DNA of 64,000 nt, taken from Promethearchaeota archaeon. GTDB lineage: Archaea; Asgardarchaeota; Lokiarchaeia; Sigyniarchaeales; SOKP01. A program made the translations under genes and the position numbers. Numbering within the stretch: position 1 is the first letter of the stretch; the number at the start of each line of letters is the position of its first letter. Under the pieces are notes generated by a model. That model was not told where the DNA came from. It saw nothing but the letters and a program-made list of their open reading frames with translations, and searched no databases. The stretch covers positions 1 to 64,000 of the forward strand of contig JAUVXW010000006.1 in the NCBI GenBank assembly GCA_030603385.1, in the 5' to 3' direction. Below are positions 8,891 through 17,808 of the stretch, piece by piece.

Positions 8891-10129
8891 CTAAAAGAGT
8901 GCCAGAGGAACCTCTTTAAGTAGGTCTACAGTGGTATATTGATTTTTACCACCAGTTCTCAAATAATCCATTGCTTTTTCAATTCCTCCAATAGTCAGGT
9001 GGAAAGTGGGAATGATTTTAGAGATTTTCATCTTAGTCCACGACATCCACTCCAATCTGACTGGTTCGGGGTTTAACCAAATCACATTTCTTTTATAATG
9101 CTTAGCAATTTCACTTACATAATAAAGTCCTGGCTTTTTATTGCTTGCATCATCATAAATGGCACCATGGGGGTTGACTATTTCACTACGGTGCATAGTT
9201 TGATCTCCCACAATTATTACACGATAAGAATCGTCGTATTTTTTTAATAAATCCTCAAATTCTATTGCCTGATCTGTATTTCGTTCAGCGTTCTCGTACA
9301 AATAATTATAAATACAATTATGAAAGTAATAGTACTTAAAATCTTTCCAATGAGATATACTATTAGCTGCAGAGAACAAAAGATTTGCTTGGTGAATATA
9401 AATATCCATCGTTCCACCGACGTCCATCAATAGTAAAAGCTTTATATTATTCTTTTTCCTTTTATTGAAGATCAGCTCAATATCACCCCCATTACGCCCC
9501 GTTTCATGAATTGTCTTTGGAAGATCCAACTCATCTTTTTTCCCAATTTCATCTAATCTTCTTAGACGCTTTAACGCGATTTTAATTCGACGTGTATCTA
9601 TGACTAAGTCTTTTCGATAATCTTTAAATATCCTTTTTTGAGCGATTTTTACCGCGGTTTGCATACCATAGCCACCAGCAATTCTAAATCCTTCTATATT
9701 TAGACCTGAGTGCCCGAATTTTGATTGTCCTTGCGTACCAATCCACATATTTCCAAAATTATGTTCTCCATCCTGTTCTCTAAGTAGCTTTCTGAATTGT
9801 TTTTCTAAATCTTCCAAACTTGTATATTCAAAAAATTCTTTTGAAATTCCGGGCATACGGAGGATTGAAATATTTGTTTGGAGCCACTCCCAAATCTCTT
9901 GTTTAATATCTTCAGGAAAATCTAAACCAGCATCTTTAAAATAGTTAGCGAAAGCAATGTCATAGATATCAAAATGATGTTCATTCTTGCAAAGAATTGA
10001 ACGAGAGATATAATAAAAATCAACTGTGTTCTTTATTAAACCCTTATCAAGTGCCTCCAATAAGGTCATAAATTCTGTAATACTAACCGGTAATATTTTC
10101 TTAAGGTAAAAAAAATAGTCTAAAAACAT
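8891..10129 (-). CDS. VWA domain protein (CoxE-like/COG3825), MoxR partner
   Basis: WIGT.G.S.FG, LLLLMDVGGTMD MIDAS-like motif, YYFHNC, IIVGD, IWLNP. Confidence 0.88.
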   Translation of the reverse strand: MFLDYFFYLKKILPVSITEFMTLLEALDKGLIKNTVDFYYISRSILCKNEHHFDIYDIAFANYFKDAGLDFPEDIKQEIWEWLQTNISILRMPGISKEFFEYTSLEDLEKQFRKLLREQDGEHNFGNMWIGTQGQSKFGHSGLNIEGFRIAGGYGMQTAVKIAQKRIFKDYRKDLVIDTRRIKIALKRLRRLDEIGKKDELDLPKTIHETGRNGGDIELIFNKRKKNNIKLLLLMDVGGTMDIYIHQANLLFSAANSISHWKDFKYYYFHNCIYNYLYENAERNTDQAIEFEDLLKKYDDSYRVIIVGDQTMHRSEIVNPHGAIYDDASNKKPGLYYVSEIAKHYKRNVIWLNPEPVRLEWMSWTKMKISKIIPTFHLTIGGIEKAMDYLRTGGKNQYTTVDLLKEVPLALF

Positions 10130-10301
10130 GGAAATTTGAAATTTAAGTTGGGAATTTTAGTTTGTACTTACTTAGTTATAATTTGTTATTTTCTTTTCTA
10201 CTTTTTTTTTTTGAAAAAGATAAAATCATTAGATAAAGCTCCAGATAATAGTGTTTTTTTGATAGTAAAAGTTTAAAGTTTATTCTTAGATTAGAATTAC
10301 A

Positions 10302-10715
10302 CTAATCTTCTTTTAAAGGAACTTTTTTAATATTCTCTAATCTTGTAGAGAGATTTGTCTTTTTAATATATCGAGAAAGATCCCTGTTCAGTAATTCATT
10401 TTCAGTATTCAGTGATTTAGAATTTTGCAACCTTTCTGTAAAACTATTCTTTCCATTATCATTATTAATACTGTTGTCAATAGGAAGTTCTGTGATAAAT
10501 GATTTTGAAAGATCCTTAATTATTCGGTCTTTAACAGGATCCGGTTTACCGTATCTATGTCCTGTAAAGTTACACTCAATAGATTTTTCGTTATTTAATT
10601 CATAATAAGAACATCTACGGCAATATAAATCCTGCAAATATAGAAGCGTCTTAGGGCATAATATTAAATCTATCCTAATTTTGTTGGGTCTAATTGGTAT
10701 CTTATTAATTTTCAT
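10302..10715 (-). CDS. Hypothetical protein with Cys cluster
   Basis: 137-aa ORF; CP...YCRRC...C possible Zn site. Confidence 0.6.
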   Translation of the reverse strand: MKINKIPIRPNKIRIDLILCPKTLLYLQDLYCRRCSYYELNNEKSIECNFTGHRYGKPDPVKDRIIKDLSKSFITELPIDNSINNDNGKNSFTERLQNSKSLNTENELLNRDLSRYIKKTNLSTRLENIKKVPLKED

Positions 10716-10897
10716 CTTATTTCTCTCTTAAAGAACCCATGATTACAAAGACTTGAAGAATTTGTCTCAAATCAAAAGATAAATACAATAAATTAATGAA
10801 AATTGAGAATTATAAATCTATTTATACATAATTTCGTATTGAAATTTCATTATAGCACAACAAAAAAGTTAAAAATTACATTTGCAAGTAATAGCTT

Positions 10898-11077
10898 ATG
10901 TATCTAATAATTTTTCCAGAGGGCCAAAGAGCACATTTTAGCAATCAAACCGAGTTTTGTAAGAGTGTGAGAGATTACCTTAAAAAGAAAAAGGGCAAGT
11001 GGGTTAAGATAAAGTGTTACTATACCACTTCGAAAAACGTAAATGAAGCGTTCCAACAATTATATGGGATAAAGTAG
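10898..11077 (+). CDS. Small hypothetical protein (59 aa, not in ORF track)
   Basis: ATG..TAG: MYLIIFPEGQRAHFSNQTEFCKSVRDYLKKKKGKWVKIKCYYTTSKNVNEAFQQLYGIK; fills an intergenic gap. Confidence 0.45.
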   Translation: MYLIIFPEGQRAHFSNQTEFCKSVRDYLKKKKGKWVKIKCYYTTSKNVNEAFQQLYGIK

Positions 11078-11100
11078 GTAGTTTAGAGTTCGAATTGAAT

Positions 11101-11769
11101 TTATTCTCTTACTATTCCAATACCCTTCTTTCTTAAATTTTGGATAACAAAATCGTATTTAATTAAGGGCTCATATTCTAAATCAGGAATTCCTAAACTA
11201 TTTATCTGTTCTTCCGTATAAATGTTAAACAGGATAGCAGCTCTATACTGAATACCATATTTTTTAAGCAACTTTAATGCTTTTAATTGATTATTAAAAA
11301 GTTTCCCGTCAACTCCAGTGTTTTGCTCAAAAGTCTGCTCATCGACTCCTTTCAGAGAAACTCTCACATATAAATTGCTAAATTTGCTTAAATCCTTAAT
11401 ATAGACTTCATCTAATAAGATTCCATTGGTTTCAAGAATAAATAGAATATTTTCTGGAATACAACTCAAGAGCTTAAGTAAGTGGTCTTTTCCAATGGTT
11501 GGTTCTCCTCCACTTACTCGTACTAGTGGTTGGTTCATAGTGAGAAGTCTTTCACTCACACTCTTAGGGGAATAATATTTGCCAAATTTTTGAGGATGCC
11601 ACACTTTTTTCTGAGCCCAACAATACACACATCGAAGATTACAGCCCAAACAGTCAGCAGTCGCACATCCACCATAGAATTGAGTTTTACGGAATCTATA
11701 ATACTTTTTAGAATCGTTTTTACACACTTGATTCTTAACAGTCTGAGCTAACTTAAAAGGATCGACCAT
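11101..11769 (-). CDS. Radical SAM protein
   Basis: CNLRCVYC, RVSGGEPT, LETNG, VRVSLKG. Confidence 0.9.
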   Translation of the reverse strand: MVDPFKLAQTVKNQVCKNDSKKYYRFRKTQFYGGCATADCLGCNLRCVYCWAQKKVWHPQKFGKYYSPKSVSERLLTMNQPLVRVSGGEPTIGKDHLLKLLSCIPENILFILETNGILLDEVYIKDLSKFSNLYVRVSLKGVDEQTFEQNTGVDGKLFNNQLKALKLLKKYGIQYRAAILFNIYTEEQINSLGIPDLEYEPLIKYDFVIQNLRKKGIGIVRE

Positions 11770-11933
11770 ATTCTATTATAAGAAAGGAATTGCACTTTTA
11801 AAATCTTGACTTTAAAAGATTATAAATATAGTATTTTTGTCGGGATCAACCCTACCTTATTTTCTGGTTAATTCCAACCTTTAAAACTGAAAGAGACTTG
11901 TTTTTTATATAATAAAAGGGAAATTGTATAGGT

Positions 11934-12071
11934 ATGGGAGAAAAGAAGAATCTCGATCTCTCGTTGATGAACTTTATTGAGCCAGTTCAAGCTAGTCAAG
12001 ACTACTTTATCAATAAAGAAATTACCAAGTTAGTAAAAATTGAACTAAAAGGATTTCCCTATTTACCATAA
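11934..12071 (+). CDS. Possible 45-aa protein (not in ORF track)
   Basis: MGEKKNLDLSLMNFIEPVQASQDYFINKEITKLVKIELKGFPYLP; open frame only. Confidence 0.3.
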   Translation: MGEKKNLDLSLMNFIEPVQASQDYFINKEITKLVKIELKGFPYLP

Positions 12072-12088
12072 AAAGTATTTAAAATTCC

Positions 12089-12292
12089 CTACTTATTTTG
12101 GATTTGATTGATTTTCTTCTTCATTTGATTTTTTAAAAATTTAGAGACTGTTATATATTTAGAGGGAATACCTTTTTCATAGTTTTCCTTTTCTTTTTTT
12201 AAACATATGGGGCATACAGCTAATTTCAAATCATTTCTAAATTCTTTGCCACATTCTAAGCAGAGATAAAGTGTTTCAGACTCCATCGTCAA
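12089..12292 (-). CDS. Small Zn-ribbon protein
   Basis: CLECG...CPIC; AAGGAG SD upstream. Confidence 0.7.
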   Translation of the reverse strand: MTMESETLYLCLECGKEFRNDLKLAVCPICLKKEKENYEKGIPSKYITVSKFLKNQMKKKINQIQNK

Positions 12293-12510
12293 ACATACTC
12301 CTTTTCAATGCTTTATTACGGTTTTTTATATAATCATGAAAATAATAAAAATAAATTATTAAAATATAGGGAGAGCAGAAATTTTTGAGAATTGGAATGA
12401 AAATAAATATATTATTCAAAATAGAATGGGGGCGAGACCTATGGGTTATTAAAAGGGAAGGGAGTCGATAATTTCAAGAAAGATGTTTTAAAATAATGTA
12501 AAGGAAATAG

Positions 12511-12795
12511 TCAGGATTTTAATAGATTGTCAAGCTCAATGAGTTTATCTAATACCATTTTACCTTTTTTAGTTAATCTGATAATTTTCTTATTATTTTT
12601 CCGTTCAATAGCTATCAATCCCCTTTCTATTAATTTGGATTTTATTCTGAGAAAGGAGTTATAGTAGCTGAATTCTTTTAATTTCTGGTAAAAGTTGTGG
12701 GTTTCTGTTCTATTATTTTTACATTGGGAAAGTACCCGAAAAGTGTCCCAAAAACCCCTTTTTTTAACAAATTTGAATAACTCCTCTAAAGTCAG
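12511..12795 (-). CDS. Winged helix-turn-helix protein (94 aa), probable CTG start; missed by ORF track
   Basis: Open frame (M)TLEELFKFVKKRGFWDTFRVL...SYYNSFLRIKSKLIERGLI...IIRLTKKGKMVLDKL with the wHTH 'L...GLI...LT.KG' wing; no ATG/GTG/TTG at the 5' end. Confidence 0.8.
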   Translation of the reverse strand: MTLEELFKFVKKRGFWDTFRVLSQCKNNRTETHNFYQKLKEFSYYNSFLRIKSKLIERGLIAIERKNNKKIIRLTKKGKMVLDKLIELDNLLKS

Positions 12796-12948
12796 ATTAA
12801 TTCCCTTAACTATTATTCGAGATATATAATAGTAAAGAAGCGTTTGGATTAAAATATTGGGTGTAGAAATTTAGTTATTCACCTTAGTTTTTTTCTTTAT
12901 AAATACTCATCAATATTCCAACAATGATATACCATTTAAGGTGATAAA

Positions 12949-13254
12949 ATGAGTCTTGATGAGCTGATTAGTATTGAACATGTAGAGTTTGAAAGGTCGA
13001 GAATTCAAGAAACTTATTCAGTAAATAACCTTCTCCTATCAAGGTTGTTTGAAGAATTGATAACAGAAGTAAAAAAAGACATTTTGCCTGTTTTAGATAT
13101 GTATATCTTGCTACAAACATTACAATCTGTTCCGTTTACTGATGAGGTAAAAGGTATTGAGATTATTGAAATCCTTAGTAAATGGATGAGTGAGGAGCTT
13201 TACGGAAAAGAAGTAAAATGCTCTGAAATTGCAAAAAAGCGAGGAAAAAAATGA
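12949..13254 (+). CDS. Hypothetical protein, possibly the N-terminus of the downstream nuclease ORF (frameshift)
   Basis: AGGTGA SD + ATG; overlaps the next ORF across A6/A7 runs. Confidence 0.7.
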   Translation: MSLDELISIEHVEFERSRIQETYSVNNLLLSRLFEELITEVKKDILPVLDMYILLQTLQSVPFTDEVKGIEIIEILSKWMSEELYGKEVKCSEIAKKRGKK

Positions 13255-16090
13255 GTCTAAACTAGAAAAATCATCTGAATCTCAAAACACTAGTAAAAAA
13301 GAATTAAATAAAATAGAAATTACTGCTTCAAAATCACAAAAACAAAGTAAATCAAGTGAAGATTCGGATAAACAGAGCAAGAGTGAAATAGTCTCAAAGA
13401 ATAGACTAGAATTGAGAGAAAAATATAGACAAGAAACAGGGAAGAGACCAATTTACAATAAAAAGGAAACTAAAGGATTTCTTTCTTGGTTAGAAAAAAG
13501 AAAAAAAATAGTTATAAAAAAGATACAAGTAAAAAAGGAAGAAAAAATTGGAGAAGCAAAAGAACAGTGGCAAATTCTTCTAGAAAAATGGATATGGGAA
13601 GCTAATGAATCTAAAATCTCAAAAGAGATCAAAGAAGAGCTTATAGATATTATTAGGAAATATCGAAGGTTTAGAGAAATATATCTAAAGTTGATTAAAT
13701 TACTCGAAAGAAGGAATCTAACTGAGGAAGAAAATGAAGTTATTGAAAAATTGTTTAAAAAACTTGAACAAATAAATCAAATTCAAGCAAATATATTTAC
13801 AAATCTCAGAGCCTTTCACTCGATATATAATCAATATCATATATGGGACATGAATCGAATTCTAAAAGAGCGTGAAAAATTCATAAACTACCTTATACAG
13901 AAGTTACAGAATCTAAAAATTAATGAAAGAACTCCGCAAGGTGTTGAAAAAAGTTGGAAGGAGGTTTTAAAAGAAAATTTACATAGAATAACAACCTTAA
14001 GCTTCAAGCAAAAATCACAAATAGTTAAGATCATCCAAAAAAATAAAACAAATGAAGAAGACAAGTCGGAGCTTGTCTCGATATTAAAAAAACTTCCAAT
14101 AGAAGATTTGATTTCTTTATTAGGAAAAGATTTTGAAAAACACTCAAAAAATTATATAAGATGGGGTTGGGACTTTTATGAATATATCAAGAAAGACATG
14201 CTAATTTCCTACATAAACAAAAATGAATCTAATTATTTTTTAGGAAAGAATATCTCTGTTGAAACAGCCAATAAAATCATTAGGAAATGTCTTGAATTTG
14301 ACATAGAAATAAAAAACTTATTTGATTATAAAGGAAGAACTTCTAAACTAAAGCTAGTATGTAAAAAATGTGGTCATGGAAGTGAAGAAGGAAAAGAATG
14401 GTATAAAACAGGAAATAACATTCTCAAAGTAACTTGGAAAGGATGTCCAAAATGTCAAAGTAGAAATAGACTTATTAAATACTTCAACCTTTTGAAGACT
14501 AGAGCAAGCCAAAAAGGACTTGAAGTTATTTCTGATTTTAATGATTATCAAAATAGTCGATCAAAAATCAAATTATCTTGTCTTAATCCTGATTGTTTAT
14601 TTGGTCAAAATGGTGATTGGTCCAGAGTTGCTAGCTCCATAATGGAATCAAGTTTTCACGGGTGTCCTAAATGCTATAAACCTCAAATAGGTACTTTAAA
14701 AAGCAAGCAGTATTACTATAAGGAATTGAAGACCTTAGCTACATTAAAAGGCGGAAAAATTATAAATGAGAGATATACGAATAGTAGAAAAAAATATGAA
14801 TTTGAATGTAAGAATGGTCATACTTTTAAAAGATATCCTTATGAGATAAAAAAAGGTTATTGGTGTAAACAATGCTTTAAGAATAAGAAATTAAAAGAAA
14901 TGCAAAAAATTGCTAGAAAAAAAAATGGAAAGTTAATATCAACTGAATATGTTAATGCTCTTACTCCCTTAATTTGGGAGTGTAATAAATGCTTTTTAGA
15001 AGGAAGACCTTTTAGATGGTCAGCGCGACCTGCTGATATTAAAAAAGGTAATTGGTGTCCGAAATGCGCAGGTAAATTTAAATATTCTATTGAAGATATG
15101 AAGAAATTTGCTACTTCGAAAAAAGGCTATTGTCTCTCAAGTGAATATAAAAATATGAAATCTCCTTTATGGTGGAAGTGTGGTGAATGTGGAAATGAAT
15201 GGTTATCTACTCCTACAAGTGTTATTCATCAAGGAACTTGGTGTCCAAGATGTGGGCGTTTAGGCATCAGTGAAAGAGTTTGTCGAAAATTTTTTGAAAT
15301 ACTTTTTAATAAGGAATTTCCGACCACCACTAGTTTAAAATGGTTAGTGAATGAAAATGGTTATAAAATGCATTTAGATGGCTACGATGATGAATTAAGA
15401 ATAGCCTTTGAATATAATGGGATTCAACATTACATATACAATAAACATTTTTATAAAACAAAAGAAGAATTTGAACAAAGAATAAGGGATGATAGACGGA
15501 AAAAAGAATTATGTAATCAAAACAACATTGTATTAATTATTATTCCGTATTATGTATCTTTTGATGAAATGGAAGATTTCATAAGGAAAGAATGTAAAAT
15601 AAGAGGAATTCATATTCCTGAAACAGAGGATAAAATTGATTGGAATGATTTTAATATAGCTACTCCTAATAAATTAACTGAAATGCAAAATGCTGCAAAG
15701 GTGGTAGGAATTAAGAGATATGGATATCCTGGTAAATGTTTATCAAATAATTATTTAGGGAGATTTACACCTTTAAGATGGGAATGTGGGAATCCCTCTT
15801 GTAGACATCAATGGTGGGAGACTCCAAATAATGTCATTAATCATCAAAGATGGTGTCCACGCTGTGCAGGAAAAAGATATACTATTAAAGATATGCATAT
15901 ATTGGCATCAGAAAAATTAAATGGAGGAAAATGTTTATCTGAAAAATATAAAGGTGCAAAGGTTCATTTGGCATGGGAGTGTGGTATATGTGGGAATATA
16001 TGGTCTGCAAGTCCAGATAATATACGTAGAGGTAAAGGATGTCCTAAGTGGAGAGAACATAAATCTAAAAAAAAGTTAAAAAGAATATAA
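13229..16090 (+). CDS. Large protein with multiple treble-clef-like Zn-ribbon repeats and a PD-(D/E)xK (Vsr/DUF559-like) nuclease domain
   Basis: About seven W/L.C..C...W...WCP.C modules; SERVCR..FE...LDGY...IAFEYNGIQHY...D..K...C...I.LI.IPY nuclease signature. Confidence 0.8.
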   Translation: MQKSEEKNESKLEKSSESQNTSKKELNKIEITASKSQKQSKSSEDSDKQSKSEIVSKNRLELREKYRQETGKRPIYNKKETKGFLSWLEKRKKIVIKKIQVKKEEKIGEAKEQWQILLEKWIWEANESKISKEIKEELIDIIRKYRRFREIYLKLIKLLERRNLTEEENEVIEKLFKKLEQINQIQANIFTNLRAFHSIYNQYHIWDMNRILKEREKFINYLIQKLQNLKINERTPQGVEKSWKEVLKENLHRITTLSFKQKSQIVKIIQKNKTNEEDKSELVSILKKLPIEDLISLLGKDFEKHSKNYIRWGWDFYEYIKKDMLISYINKNESNYFLGKNISVETANKIIRKCLEFDIEIKNLFDYKGRTSKLKLVCKKCGHGSEEGKEWYKTGNNILKVTWKGCPKCQSRNRLIKYFNLLKTRASQKGLEVISDFNDYQNSRSKIKLSCLNPDCLFGQNGDWSRVASSIMESSFHGCPKCYKPQIGTLKSKQYYYKELKTLATLKGGKIINERYTNSRKKYEFECKNGHTFKRYPYEIKKGYWCKQCFKNKKLKEMQKIARKKNGKLISTEYVNALTPLIWECNKCFLEGRPFRWSARPADIKKGNWCPKCAGKFKYSIEDMKKFATSKKGYCLSSEYKNMKSPLWWKCGECGNEWLSTPTSVIHQGTWCPRCGRLGISERVCRKFFEILFNKEFPTTTSLKWLVNENGYKMHLDGYDDELRIAFEYNGIQHYIYNKHFYKTKEEFEQRIRDDRRKKELCNQNNIVLIIIPYYVSFDEMEDFIRKECKIRGIHIPETEDKIDWNDFNIATPNKLTEMQNAAKVVGIKRYGYPGKCLSNNYLGRFTPLRWECGNPSCRHQWWETPNNVINHQRWCPRCAGKRYTIKDMHILASEKLNGGKCLSEKYKGAKVHLAWECGICGNIWSASPDNIRRGKGCPKWREHKSKKKLKRI

Positions 16091-16112
16091 TGTCTTTAAT
16101 AAAATTCATCAA

Positions 16113-16996
16113 TTATGTTGGGAACTTTAGTTTATCCAAGGCAATCTCAAAGTCTTTCTCTTTTTTTATTAAAACTCCAAGAAATGGAATATTTGTGCGT
16201 AACTCCTCAATAGTAATTCCACTTTTCAATAACACACCAATCCAATCAAGGAGTTCAGAAGTAGAAGGTAATTTTCTCATTTTCGTTATAGCCCTTAATG
16301 CATAGAAATGGTTAAGACATTGTTCCAATAAATTCACTTTTAAATTCGGATAATGAAGGTTACAGATATCTGCCATAAATTCTCTAGAAGGAAACTCAAT
16401 CCAATGGAATACGCATCTTCTTAAAAAGGCGTCAGGAAGTTCTTTTTCATTATTAGAAGTAATGATGACTATTGGTCTGGTTTTGGTCCTAACAAATTCT
16501 TTTGTTTCTTTGATATAAAACTCCATAACATCCAATTCTTGGAGCAAATCATTCGGAAATTCTATTTACAGTAATGCTAATTATTATTTAGCATTATATC
16601 TGCTTTATCGATCTCATCGATAAGAAGAACGACCTGCTCATCAGAATCAAAAGCTTCTCCTAATGGACCAAAAGTAATATAATCATTAATATTATCAACA
16701 TCGCGATCCTCACAGCCAAATCTACTATCATTCAATCTTTGAACGGTGTCGTACATGTAGCATCCGTCGATGCCTTCAGTTGTACTCTTAATATTCCAAA
16801 TTATCAATCTTTTGCCTAAGTTTAACGATATCGCATGGGCTAGCATAGTTTTTCCTGTTCCAGGCTCTCCTTTCACTAATAAAGGGCGTCCTAAAGCAAT
16901 AGACACATTAACAATATTTCTAAGCTGTGGGTCTGCTAAATACTTAACAGTTTCTGTTTTTACGTCTCCTTTAAATTTATTAAAAGTAGCATCCAT
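16113..16996 (-). CDS. MoxR-family AAA+ ATPase, split into two exons (16996-16598, 16565-16113; 283 aa after splicing)
   Basis: Walker A GEPGTGKT, YDTVQRLNDS, Walker B LLIDEIDKAD in the 5' part; EFPNDLLQELD, ITSNNEKELPDAFLRRC, PSTSELLDW in the 3' part; joined in frame by removing 32 nt. Confidence 0.92.
16566..16597 (-). other. Candidate bulge-helix-bulge-type (EndA-spliced) 32-nt intron in moxR mRNA
   Basis: mRNA: GCAG-AU^A-UAAUGCUAA-AUAAUAA-UUAGCAUUA-CUGU-AA^A-UAG; 9-bp stem, 4-bp central helix GCAG/CUGU, 3-nt bulge; canonical cuts restore GAU AUA GAA UUU. Confidence 0.78.
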
Positions 16997-17016
16997 GCTT
17001 AATCAAAATTATTGTA

Positions 17017-17073
17017 AAATTAAATAATTTTTGAATTAACTATGGTTGATCATTATTTAGAATTATTACTCAA
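17017..17073. repeat. 57-bp imperfect direct repeat, copy 1
   Basis: Matches 18366-18422 at 51/57 positions by manual alignment. Confidence 0.85.
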
Positions 17074-17297
17074 TTAATGAATACTTTATCTTTTTCGAAA
17101 TTCTTTTTTCTAAGAGACATACGCAATAGTAAGTGTGAATTTTAAAATTTCCAATTTATAAACTAAAATAAGAAAATATAGTATTTTGAAAGTAATGGTC
17201 GAAGATATTAATTATACCTAATGAAAATAAAAAGTCATGATAATAAACCTCAAGTTAATTCAACAACTTTTAAAAGATTATAAATCATAATCTTAAA

Positions 17298-17768
17298 TTG
17301 ACAAAAATGAGTAAAAATAATGATGAAAATGTACCCAACGAAAATGGTCAAAAACCTTCAAAATCCAAATGGTGGAAAGTTTGGATATTAACCAATATTT
17401 CGATGGTCGGTTCGGGAATATTTGGTTATTTCTTCTTTCATGTTGATTTTGGACTCATCATTATATATGAAATTATCTTTTCTTTAGCCTTAGGTATTGC
17501 CTATTATATCCGTATAAGACCCTCTATAAAGGTGAATAAAGCGGTTTACATTTTACTTGGAATCACCCCCATCGGGTTTGGCTTATGGATATTGTACGCA
17601 GTTGTGTGTGGATTAACGAATTTTTGTCATTTCCTAAACAATCTTAGACCTTATGGGTATGTGCTTAATATAGTATTTCAAATACTTCTTTTTATTATAG
17701 GAGGATTTATTGGGAATTGGATAGGTAAGACAAGAAAATATCGCCTTCCTTTAAGGCCTTATACTTAA
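17298..17768 (+). CDS. Hypothetical membrane protein (~4 TM)
   Basis: Four hydrophobic segments. Confidence 0.75.
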   Translation: MTKMSKNNDENVPNENGQKPSKSKWWKVWILTNISMVGSGIFGYFFFHVDFGLIIIYEIIFSLALGIAYYIRIRPSIKVNKAVYILLGITPIGFGLWILYAVVCGLTNFCHFLNNLRPYGYVLNIVFQILLFIIGGFIGNWIGKTRKYRLPLRPYT

Positions 17769-17808
17769 ATATTAATTAATTAAAAAAAACTAAATTTATG
17801 GTGCGAAA

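Noticed and set aside
16113-16996. Treating moxR as two genes or a simple frameshift pseudogene
   Set aside because: The break is a structured 32-nt insert whose BHB-predicted cut sites restore the conserved motif exactly, and there are no other lesions. Pseudogenisation remains the alternative but explains the geometry less well.
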